Positions 51,944-64,000 of a stretch of 64,000 nt of DNA are shown here, piece after piece. The stretch is taken from the NCBI GenBank assembly GCA_964057225.1, contig OZ059896.1, forward strand, positions 21,700,001 to 21,764,000, read 5' to 3'. A program made the translations under genes and the position numbers. Each line of letters begins with the position of its first letter. The first letter of the stretch is position 1. The DNA is from Auanema rhodensis. Lineage: Eukaryota; Animalia; Nematoda. The notes under the pieces are model-generated. The model was given only the letters and a program-made list of their open reading frames with translations. It ran no database searches and was not told the origin of the DNA.

Positions 51944-54900
51944 TACATGAAAACTCAACATACACTAATGCATCATTTTTCAAACGATCATAACTAATTT
52001 TTGTATTAAGCGTTTCTCAATGTAGTATAGTGCATTCGATGCGGATTTCTAAGCTGCGTCGATCTGTGTTATCAGATTTGCGCTAGCTTAAAAATGCACC
52101 GAGATATCAACTGATATAAGTTCACACTTATATCCTCGATTTTCACATTGAAGAACTAATTTTTTCGTTGAATAACATTGTCCATCGTCTCTGCCTTAAA
52201 AAAAGGAATCTAAAAACATCTACTTTTTGCTAAATTATTTTGAAATTTTTCGAAAAAATTTTTGTCAAAATGTTTTTGGAAGCAATGTTGAGTGTACATG
52301 GAAACTCAACATACACTAATGCATCATTTTTCAAACGATCATAACTAATTTTTGTATTAAGCGTTTCTCAATGTAATATAGTGCATTCGATGCGGATTTT
52401 TAAGCTGCGTCGATCTGTGTTATCAGATTTGCGCTAGCTTAAAAATGCACCAAGATATCAACTGATATAAGTGCACACTTATATCCTCGATTTTCACCCT
52501 GAAGAATTAATTTTCCGTTGAATAACATTGTCCATCGTCTTTGCCTTGAAAAAAGGAATCTAAAAACATCCACTTTTTGCTAAATTATTTCGAAATTTTT
52601 CGAAAAAATTTTTGTCAAAATGTTTTTGGAAGCAATGTTGAGTGTACATGGAAACTCAACATACACTAATGCATCATTTTTCAAACGATCATAACTAATT
52701 TTTGTATCAAGCGTTTCTCAATGTAGTATAGTGCATTCGATGCGGATTTTTAAGCTGCGTCGATCTGTGTTATCAGATTTGCGCTAGCTTAAAAATGCAC
52801 CAAGATATCAACTGATATAAGTGCACACTTATATCCTCGATTTTCACCCTGAAGAATTAATTTTTTCGTTGAAAAACATTGTCCATCGTCTTTGCCTTGA
52901 AAAAAGGAATCTAAAAACATCCACTTTTTGCTAAATTATTTTGAAATTTTTCGAAAAAATTTTTGTCAAAATGTTTTTGGAAGCAATGTTGAGTGTACAT
53001 GGAAACTCAACATACACTAATGCATCATTTTTCAAACGATCATAACTAATTTTTGTATTAAGCGTTTCTCAATGTAGTATAGTGCATTCGATGCGGATTT
53101 TTAAGCTGCGTCGATCTGTGTTATCAGATTTGCGCTAGCTTGAAAATGCACCAAGATATCAACTGATATAAGTGCACACTTATATCCTCGATTTTCACCC
53201 TGAAGAATTAATTTTTTCGTTGAATAACATTGTCCATCGTCTTTGCCTTAAAAAAAGAAATCTAAAAACATCTACTTTTTGCTAAATTATTTTGAAATTT
53301 TTCGAAAAAATTTTTGTCAAAATGTTTTTGGAAGCAATGTTGAGTGTACATGAAAACTCAACATACACTAATGCATCATTTTTCAAACGATCATAACTAA
53401 TTTTTGTATTAAGCGTTTCTCAATGTAGTATAGTGCATTCGATGCGGATTTTTAAGCTGCGTCGATCTGTGTTATCAGATTTGCGCTAGCTTAAAAATGC
53501 ACCAAGATATCAACTGATATAAGTGCACACTTATATCCTCGATTTTCACTCTGAAGAATTAATTTTTTCGTTGAATAACATTGTCCATCGTCTTTGCCTT
53601 GAAAAAAGGAATCTAAAAACATCCACTTTTTGCTAAATTATTTTGAAATTTTTCGAAAAAATTTTTGTCAAAATGTTTTTGGAAGCAATGTTGAGTGTAC
53701 ATGGAAACTCAACATACACTAATGCATCATTTTTCAAACGATCATAACTAATTTTTGTATTAAGCGTTTCTCAATGTAATATAGTGCATTCGATGCGGAT
53801 TTTTAAGCTGCGTCGATCTGTGTTATCAGATTTGCGCTAGCTTAAAAATGCACCAAGATATCAACTGATATAAGTGCACACTTATATCCTCGATTTTCAC
53901 CCTGAAGAATTAATTTTCCGTTGAATAACATTGTCCATCGTCTTTGCCTTGAAAAAAGGAATCTAAAAACATCCACTTTTTGCTAAATTATTTCGAAATT
54001 TTTCGAAAAAATTTTTGTCAAAATGTTTTTGGAAGCAATGTTGAGTGTACATGGAAACTCAACATACACTAATGCATCATTTTTCAAACGATCATAACTA
54101 ATTTTTGTATCAAGCGTTTCTCAATGTAGTATAGTGCATTCGATGCGGATTTTTAAGCTGCGTCGATCTGTGTTATCAGATTTGCGCTAGCTTAAAAATG
54201 CACCAAGATATCAACTGATATAAGTGCACACTTATATCCTCGATTTTCACCCTGAAGAATTAATTTTTTCGTTGAAAAACATTGTCCATCGTCTTTGCCT
54301 TGAAAAAAGGAATCTAAAAACATCCACTTTTTGCTAAATTATTTTGAAATTTTTCGAAAAAATTTTTGTCAAAATGTTTTTGGAAGCAATGTTGAGTGTA
54401 CATGAAAACTCAACATACACTAATGCATCATTTTTCAAACGATCATAACTAATTTTTGTATTAAGCGTTTCTCAATGTAGTATAGTGCATTCGATGCGGA
54501 TTTCTAAGCTGCGTCGATCTGTGTTATCAGATTTGCGCTAGCTTAAAAATGCACCGAGATATCAACTGATATAAGTTCACACTTATATCCTCGATTTTCA
54601 CATTGAAGAACTAATTTTTTCGTTGAATAACATTGTCCATCGTCTCTGCCTTAAAAAAAGGAATCTAAAAACATCTACTTTTTGCTAAATTATTTTGAAA
54701 TTTTTCGAAAAAATTTTTGTCAAAATGTTTTTGGAAGCAATGTTGAGTGTACATGGAAACTCAACATACACTAATGCATCATTTTTCAAACGATCATAAC
54801 TAATTTTTGTATTAAGCGTTTCTCAATGTAATATAGTGCATTCGATGCGGATTTTTAAGCTGCGTCGATCTGTGTTATCAGATTTGCGCTAGCTTAAAAA

Positions 54901-57900
54901 TGCACCAAGATATCAACTGATATAAGTGCACACTTATATCCTCGATTTTCACCCTGAAGAATTAATTTTCCGTTGAATAACATTGTCCATCGTCTTTGCC
55001 TTGAAAAAAGGAATCTAAAAACATCCACTTTTTGCTAAATTATTTCGAAATTTTTCGAAAAAATTTTTGTCAAAATGTTTTTGGAAGCAATGTTGAGTGT
55101 ACATGGAAACTCAACATACACTAATGCATCATTTTTCAAACGATCATAACTAATTTTTGTATCAAGCGTTTCTCAATGTAGTATAGTGCATTCGATGCGG
55201 ATTTTTAAGCTGCGTCGATCTGTGTTATCAGATTTGCGCTAGCTTAAAAATGCACCAAGATATCAACTGATATAAGTGCACACTTATATCCTCGATTTTC
55301 ACCCTGAAGAATTAATTTTTTCGTTGAAAAACATTGTCCATCGTCTTTGCCTTGAAAAAAGGAATCTAAAAACATCCACTTTTTGCTAAATTATTTTGAA
55401 ATTTTTCGAAAAAATTTTTGTCAAAATGTTTTTGGAAGCAATGTTGAGTGTACATGGAAACTCAACATACACTAATGCATCATTTTTCAAACGATCATAA
55501 CTAATTTTTGTATTAAGCGTTTCTCAATGTAGTATAGTGCATTCGATGCGGATTTTTAAGCTGCGTCGATCTGTGTTATCAGATTTGCGCTAGCTTGAAA
55601 ATGCACCAAGATATCAACTGATATAAGTGCACACTTATATCCTCGATTTTCACCCTGAAGAATTAATTTTTTCGTTGAATAACATTGTCCATCGTCTTTG
55701 CCTTAAAAAAAGAAATCTAAAAACATCTACTTTTTGCTAAATTATTTTGAAATTTTTCGAAAAAATTTTTGTCAAAATGTTTTTGGAAGCAATGTTGAGT
55801 GTACATGAAAACTCAACATACACTAATGCATCATTTTTCAAACGATCATAACTAATTTTTGTATTAAGCGTTTCTCAATGTAGTATAGTGCATTCGATGC
55901 GGATTTCTAAGCTGCGTCGATCTGTGTTATCAGATTTGCGCTAGCTTAAAAATGCACCGAGATATCAACTGATATAAGTTTACACTTATATCCTCGATTT
56001 TCACCCTGAAGAAATAATTTTTTCGTTGAATAACATTGTCCATCGTCTTTGCCTTGAAAAAAGAAATCTAAAAACATCTACTTTTCGCTAAATTATTTTG
56101 AAATTTTTCGAAAAAATTTTTGTCAAAATGTTTTTGGAAGCAATGTTGAGTGTACATGGAAACTCAACATACACTAATGCATCATTTTTCAAACGATCAT
56201 AACTAATTTTTGTATTAAGCGTTTCTCAATGTAATATAGTGCATTCGATGCGGATTTTTAAGCTGCGTCGATCTGTGTTATCAGATTTGCGCTAGCTTAA
56301 AAATGCACCAAGATATCAACTGATATAAGTGCACACTTATATCCTCGATTTTCACCCTGAAGAATTAATTTTCCGTTGAATAACATTGTCCATCGTCTTT
56401 GCCTTGAAAAAAGGAATCTAAAAACATCCACTTTTTGCTAAATTATTTCGAAATTTTTCGAAAAAATTTTTGTCAAAATGTTTTTGGAAGCAATGTTGAG
56501 TGTACATGGAAACTCAACATACACTAATGCATCATTTTTCAAACGATCATAACTAATTTTTGTATCAAGCGTTTCTCAATGTAGTATAGTGCATTCGATG
56601 CGGATTTTTAAGCTGCGTCGATCTGTGTTATCAGATTTGCGCTAGCTTAAAAATGCACCAAGATATCAACTGATATAAGTGCACACTTATATCCTCGATT
56701 TTCACCCTGAAGAATTAATTTTTTCGTTGAAAAACATTGTCCATCGTCTTTGCCTTGAAAAAAGGAATCTAAAAACATCCACTTTTTGCTAAATTATTTT
56801 GAAATTTTTCGAAAAAATTTTTGTCAAAATGTTTTTGGAAGCAATGTTGAGTGTACATGAAAACTCAACATACACTAATGCATCATTTTTCAAACGATCA
56901 TAACTAATTTTTGTATTAAGCGTTTCTCAATGTAGTATAGTGCATTCGATGCGGATTTCTAAGCTGCGTCGATCTGTGTTATCAGATTTGCGCTAGCTTA
57001 AAAATGCACCGAGATATCAACTGATATAAGTTCACACTTATATCCTCGATTTTCACATTGAAGAACTAATTTTTTCGTTGAATAACATTGTCCATCGTCT
57101 CTGCCTTAAAAAAAGGAATCTAAAAACATCTACTTTTTGCTAAATTATTTTGAAATTTTTCGAAAAAATTTTTGTCAAAATGTTTTTGGAAGCAATGTTG
57201 AGTGTACATGGAAACTCAACATACACTAATGCATCATTTTTCAAACGATCATAACTAATTTTTGTATTAAGCGTTTCTCAATGTAATATAGTGCATTCGA
57301 TGCGGATTTTTAAGCTGCGTCGATCTGTGTTATCAGATTTGCGCTAGCTTAAAAATGCACCAAGATATCAACTGATATAAGTGCACACTTATATCCTCGA
57401 TTTTCACCCTGAAGAATTAATTTTCCGTTGAATAACATTGTCCATCGTCTTTGCCTTGAAAAAAGGAATCTAAAAACATCCACTTTTTGCTAAATTATTT
57501 CGAAATTTTTCGAAAAAATTTTTGTCAAAATGTTTTTGGAAGCAATGTTGAGTGTACATGGAAACTCAACATACACTAATGCATCATTTTTCAAACGATC
57601 ATAACTAATTTTTGTATCAAGCGTTTCTCAATGTAGTATAGTGCATTCGATGCGGATTTTTAAGCTGCGTCGATCTGTGTTATCAGATTTGCGCTAGCTT
57701 AAAAATGCACCAAGATATCAACTGATATAAGTGCACACTTATATCCTCGATTTTCACCCTGAAGAATTAATTTTTTCGTTGAAAAACATTGTCCATCGTC
57801 TTTGCCTTGAAAAAAGGAATCTAAAAACATCCACTTTTTGCTAAATTATTTTGAAATTTTTCGAAAAAATTTTTGTCAAAATGTTTTTGGAAGCAATGTT

Positions 57901-60900
57901 GAGTGTACATGGAAACTCAACATACACTAATGCATCATTTTTCAAACGATCATAACTAATTTTTGTATTAAGCGTTTCTCAATGTAGTATAGTGCATTCG
58001 ATGCGGATTTTTAAGCTGCGTCGATCTGTGTTATCAGATTTGCGCTAGCTTGAAAATGCACCAAGATATCAACTGATATAAGTGCACACTTATATCCTCG
58101 ATTTTCACCCTGAAGAATTAATTTTTTCGTTGAATAACATTGTCCATCGTCTTTGCCTTAAAAAAAGAAATCTAAAAACATCTACTTTTTGCTAAATTAT
58201 TTTGAAATTTTTCGAAAAAATTTTTGTCAAAATGTTTTTGGAAGCAATGTTGAGTGTACATGAAAACTCAACATACACTAATGCATCATTTTTCAAACGA
58301 TCATAACTAATTTTTGTATTAAGCGTTTCTCAATGTAGTATAGTGCATTCGATGCGGATTTCTAAGCTGCGTCGATCTGTGTTATCAGATTTGCGCTAGC
58401 TTAAAAATGCACCGAGATATCAACTGATATAAGTTTACACTTATATCCTCGATTTTCACCCTGAAGAAATAATTTTTTCGTTGAATAACATTGTCCATCG
58501 TCTTTACCTTGAAAAAAGAAATCTAAAAACATCTACTTTTCGCTAAATTATTTTGAAATTTTTCGAAAAAATTTTTGTCAAAATGTTTTTGGAAGCAATG
58601 TTGAGTGTACATGGAAACTCAACATACACTAATGCATCATTTTTCAAACGATCATAACTAATTTTTGTATTAAGCGTTTCTCAATGTAGTATAGTGCATT
58701 CGATGCGGATTTTTAAGCTGCGTCGATCTGTGTTATCAGATTTGCGCTAGCTTGAAAATGCACCAAGATATCAACTGATATAAGTGCACACTTATATCCT
58801 CGATTTTCACCCTGAAGAATTAATTTTTTCGTTGAATAACATTGTCCATCGTCTTTGCCTTAAAAAAAGAAATCTAAAAACATCTACTTTTTGCTAAATT
58901 ATTTTGAAATTTTTCGAAAAAATTTTTGTCAAAATGTTTTTGGAAGCAATGTTGAGTGTACATGAAAACTCAACATACACTAATGCATCATTTTTCAAAC
59001 GATCATAACTAATTTTTGTATTAAGCGTTTCTCAATGTAGTATAGTGCATTCGATGCGGATTTCTAAGCTGCGTCGATCTGTGTTATCAGATTTGCGCTA
59101 GCTTAAAAATGCACCGAGATATCAACTGATATAAGTTTACACTTATATCCTCGATTTTCACCCTGAAGAAATAATTTTTTCGTTGAATAACATTGTCCAT
59201 CGTCTTTACCTTGAAAAAAGAAATCTAAAAACATCTACTTTTCGCTAAATTATTTTGAAATTTTTCGAAAAAATTTTTGTCAAAATGTTTTTGGAAGCAA
59301 TGTTGAGTGTACATGGAAACTCAACATACACTAATGCATCATTTTTCAAACGATCATAACTAATTTTTGTATTAAGCGTTTCTCAATGTAATATAGTGCA
59401 TTCGATGCGGATTTTTAAGCTGCGTCGATCTGTGTTATCAGATTTGCGCTAGCTTAAAAATGCACCAAGATATCAACTGATATAAGTGCACACTTATATC
59501 CTCGATTTTCACCCTGAAGAATTAATTTTCCGTTGAATAACATTGTCCATCGTCTTTGCCTTGAAAAAAGGAATCTAAAAACATCCACTTTTTGCTAAAT
59601 TATTTCGAAATTTTTCGAAAAAATTTTTGTCAAAATGTTTTTGGAAGCAATGTTGAGTGTACATGGAAACTCAACATACACTAATGCATCATTTTTCAAA
59701 CGATCATAACTAATTTTTGTATCAAGCGTTTCTCAATGTAGTATAGTGCATTCGATGCGGATTTTTAAGCTGCGTCGATCTGTGTTATCAGATTTGCGCT
59801 AGCTTGAAAATGCACCAAGATATCAACTGATATAAGTGCACACTTATATCCTCGATTTTCACCCTGAAGAATTAATTTTTTCGTTGAAAAACATTGTCCA
59901 TCGTCTTTGCCTTGAAAAAAGGAATCTAAAAACATCCACTTTTTGCTAAATTATTTTGAAATTTTTCGAAAAAATTTTTGTCAAAATGTTTTTGGAAGCA
60001 ATGTTGAGTGTACATGGAAACTCAACATACACTAATGCATCATTTTTCAAACGATCATAACTAATTTTTGTATTAAGCGTTTCTCAATGTAGTATAGTGC
60101 ATTCGATGCGGATTTTTAAGCTGCGTCGATCTGTGTTATCAGATTTGCGCTAGCTTGAAAATGCACCAAGATATCAACTGATATAAGTGCACACTTATAT
60201 CCTCGATTTTCACCCTGAAGAATTAATTTTTTCGTTGAATAACATTGTCCATCGTCTTTGCCTTGAAAAAAGAAATCTAAAAACATCTACTTTTTGCTAA
60301 ATTATTTTGAAATTTTTCGAAAAAATTTTTGTCAAAATGTTTTTGGAAGCAATGTTGAGTGTACATGAAAACTCAACATACACTAATGCATCATTTTTCA
60401 AACGATCATAACTAATTTTTGTATTAAGCGTTTCTCAATGTAGTATAGTGCATTCGATGCGGATTTTTAAGCTGCGTCGATCTGTGTTATCAGATTTGCG
60501 CTAGCTTGAAAATGCACCAAGATATCAACTGATATAAGTGCACACTTATATCCTCGATTTTCACCCTGAAGAATTAATTTTTTCGTTGAATAACATTGTC
60601 CATCGTCTTTGCCTTGAAAAAAGAAATCTAAAAACATCTACTTTTTGCTAAATTATTTTGAAATTTTTCGAAAAAATTTTTGTCAAAATGTTTTTGGAAG
60701 CAATGTTGAGTGTACATGAAAACTCAACATACACTAATGCATCATTTTTCAAACGATCATAACTAATTTTTGTATTAAGCGTTTCTCAATGTAGTATAGT
60801 GCATTCGATGCGGATTTCTAAGCTGCGTCGATCTGTGTTATCAGATTTGCGCTAGCTTAAAAATGCACCGAGATATCAACTGATATAAGTTTACACTTAT

Positions 60901-63900
60901 ATCCTCGATTTTCACCCTGAAGAAATAATTTTTTCGTTGAATAACATTGTCCATCGTCTTTGCCTTGAAAAAAGAAATCTAAAAACATCTACTTTTTGCT
61001 AAATTATTTTGAAATTTTTCGAAAAAATTTTTGTCAAAATGTTTTTGGAAGCAATGTTGAGTGTACATGAAAACTCAACATACACTAATGCATCATTTTT
61101 CAAACGATCATAACTAATTTTTGTATTAAGCGTTTCTCAATGTAGTATAGTGCATTCGATGCGGATTTCTAAGCTGCGTCGATCTGTGTTATCAGATTTG
61201 CGCTAGCTTAAAAATGCACCGAGATATCAACTGATATAAGTTTACACTTATATCCTCGATTTTCACCCTGAAGAAATAATTTTTTCGTTGAATAACATTG
61301 TCCATCGTCTTTGCCTTGAAAAAAGAAATCTAAAAACATCTACTTTTCGCTAAATTATTTTGAAATTTTTCGAAAAAATTTTTGTCAAAATGTTTTTGGA
61401 AGCAATGTTGAGTGTACATGGAAACTCAACATACACTAATGCATCATTTTTCAAACGATCATAACTAATTTTTGTATTAAGCGTTTCTCAATGTAATATA
61501 GTGCATTCGATGCGGATTTTTAAGCTGCGTCGATCTGTGTTATCAGATTTGCGCTAGCTTAAAAATGCACCAAGATATCAACTGATATAAGTGCACACTT
61601 ATATCCTCGATTTTCACCCTGAAGAATTAATTTTCCGTTGAATAACATTGTCCATCGTCTTTGCCTTGAAAAAAGGAATCTAAAAACATCTACTTTTTGC
61701 TAAATTATTTTGAAATTTTTCGAAAACATTTTTGTCAAAATGTTTTTGGAAGCAATGTTGAGTGTACATGGAAACTCAACATACACTAATGCATCATTTT
61801 TCAAACGATCATAACTAATTTTTGTATCAAGCGTTTTTCAATGTAGTATAGTGCATTCGATGCGGATTTTTAAGCTGCGTCGATCTGTGTTATCAGATTT
61901 GCGCTAGCTTAAAAATGCACCGAGATATCAACTGATATAAGTTCACACTTATATCCTCGATTTTCACCCTGAAGAATTAAATTTTTCGTTGAATAACATT
62001 GTCCATCGTCTTTGCCTTGAAAAAAGAAATCTAAAAACATCTACTTTTTGCTAAATTATTTTGAAATTTTTCGAAAAAATTTTTGTCAAAATGTTTTTGG
62101 AAGCAATGTTGAGTGTACATGAAAACTCAACATACACTAATGCATCATTTTTCAAACGATCATAACTAATTTTTGTATTAAGCGTTTCTCAATGTAGTAT
62201 AGTGCATTCGATGCGGATTTCTAAGCTGCGTCGATCTGTGTTATCAGATTTGCGCTAGCTTAAAAATGCACCGAGATATCAACTGATATAAGTTTACACT
62301 TATATCCTCGATTTTCACCCTGAAGAAATAATTTTTTCGTTGAATAACATTGTCCATCGTCTTTGCCTTGAAAAAAGAAATCTAAAAACATCTACTTTTT
62401 GCTAAATTATTTTGAAATTTTTCGAAAAAATTTTTGTCAAAATGTTTTTGGAAGCAATGTTGAGTGTACATGAAAACTCAACATACACTAATGCATCATT
62501 TTTCAAACGATCATAACTAATTTTTGTATTAAGCGTTTCTCAATGTAGTATAGTGCATTCGATGCGGATTTCTAAGCTGCGTCGATCTGTGTTATCAGAT
62601 TTGCGCTAGCTTAAAAATGCACCGAGATATCAACTGATATAAGTTTACACTTATATCCTCGATTTTCACCCTGAAGAAATAATTTTTTCGTTGAATAACA
62701 TTGTCCATCGTCTTTGCCTTGAAAAAAGAAATCTAAAAACATCTACTTTTCGCTAAATTATTTTGAAATTTTTCGAAAAAATTTTTGTCAAAATGTTTTT
62801 GGAAGCAATGTTGAGTGTACATGAAAACTCAACATACACTAATGCATCATTTTTCAAACGATCATAACTAATTTTTGTATTAAGCGTTTCTCAATGTAGT
62901 ATAGTGCATTCGATGCGGATTTCTAAGCTGCGTCGATCTGTGTTATCAGATTTGCGCTAGCTTAAAAATGCACCGAGATATCAACTGATATAAGTTTACA
63001 CTTATATCCTCGATTTTCACCCTGAAGAAATAATTTTTTCGTTGAATAACATTGTCCATCGTCTTTGCCTTGAAAAAAGAAATCTAAAAACATCTACTTT
63101 TCGCTAAATTATTTTGAAATTTTTCGAAAAAATTTTTGTCAAAATGTTTTTGGAAGCAATGTTGAGTGTACATGGAAACTCAACATACACTAATGCATCA
63201 TTTTTCAAACGATCATAACTAATTTTTGTATTAAGCGTTTCTCAATGTAATATAGTGCATTCGATGCGGATTTTTAAGCTGCGTCGATCTGTGTTATCAG
63301 ATTTGCGCTAGCTTAAAAATGCACCAAGATATCAACTGATATAAGTGCACACTTATATCCTCGATTTTCACCCTGAAGAATTAATTTTCCGTTGAATAAC
63401 ATTGTCCATCGTCTTTGCCTTGAAAAAAGGAATCTAAAAACATCTACTTTTTGCTAAATTATTTTGAAATTTTTCGAAAACATTTTTGTCAAAATGTTTT
63501 TGGAAGCAATGTTGAGTGTACATGGAAACTCAACATACACTAATGCATCATTTTTCAAACGATCATAACTAATTTTTGTATCAAGCGTTTTTCAATGTAG
63601 TATAGTGCATTCGATGCGGATTTTTAAGCTGCGTCGATCTGTGTTATCAGATTTGCGCTAGCTTAAAAATGCACCGAGATATCAACTGATATAAGTTCAC
63701 ACTTATATCCTCGATTTTCACCCTGAAGAATTAAATTTTTCGTTGAATAACATTGTCCATCGTCTTTGCCTTGAAAAAAGAAATCTAAAAACATCTACTT
63801 TTTGCTAAATTATTTTGAAATTTTTCGAAAAAATTTTTGTCAAAATGTTTTTGGAAGCAATGTTGAGTGTACATGAAAACTCAACATACACTAATGCATC

Positions 63901-64000
63901 ATTTTTCAAACGATCATAACTAATTTTTGTATTAAGCGTTTCTCAATGTAGTATAGTGCATTCGATGCGGATTTCTAAGCTGCGTCGATCTGTGTTATCA
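51944..64000. repeat. Satellite domain 6 (monomers 149-183): 2455-bp 7-mer HOR decaying into a 1754-bp 5-mer
   Basis: Distinctive monomer S (CACATTGAAGAACT, CTCTGCC) starts at 51944, 54399, 56854 (spacing 2455). A 350-bp monomer T (TTTTCCG) occurs 8 times. The GAAAACATTT variant at 61727 and 63481 is spaced 1754. Confidence 0.88.

Larger units (their letters stand above)
1..64000. repeat. Tandem satellite DNA array, 351-bp monomer, 182 full copies plus one partial, single orientation
   Basis: TACATGGAAACTC recurs at 1, 352, 703 ... 3511, 7021, 14041 (exact 351 period). The last monomer starts at 63870, 13 nt earlier than 1+182x351, matching the 13 single-base deletions I located. Consensus has 110/351 G+C. 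The array runs off both window edges. Confidence 0.99.

Noticed and set aside
1-64000. CRISPR-like array of palindromic repeats
   Set aside because: Sequence between palindromes is itself repeated, so there are no unique spacers, and no leader or cas genes are present.

Overview
The whole 64,000-nt window is one uninterrupted, head-to-tail, AT-rich eukaryote-type satellite DNA array. It holds 182 complete copies of a 351-bp monomer plus a 131-nt partial copy (63870-64000). The hand-counted consensus is about 31% GC and monomers differ from each other at only a few positions (the two monomers of the dimer domain differ at 7 of 351). I see no genes, RNA genes, transposon insertions, CRISPR spacers or strand switches. 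Both predicted ORFs are chance read-throughs of satellite stop codons. The informative signal lies at two scales. (1) Inside the monomer there are four dyad-symmetry modules, including a ~50-nt imperfect hairpin in which one haplotype carries a compensatory T-A to C-G pair, and an A-tract-rich segment. (2) Along the array, diagnostic SNPs define six successive domains, each with its own nascent higher-order repeat (HOR): a cryptic 5-mer; 3-/5-mer; 2-/3-mer; variable 3-8-mer; a very homogeneous 2-mer; and a 7-mer turning into a 5-mer. I could not assign the satellite to a named family or organism, and centromeric function is only a hypothesis. I found no evidence of a novel protein-coding system. 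'pos' below means position within the monomer, with phase starting at TACATGG.
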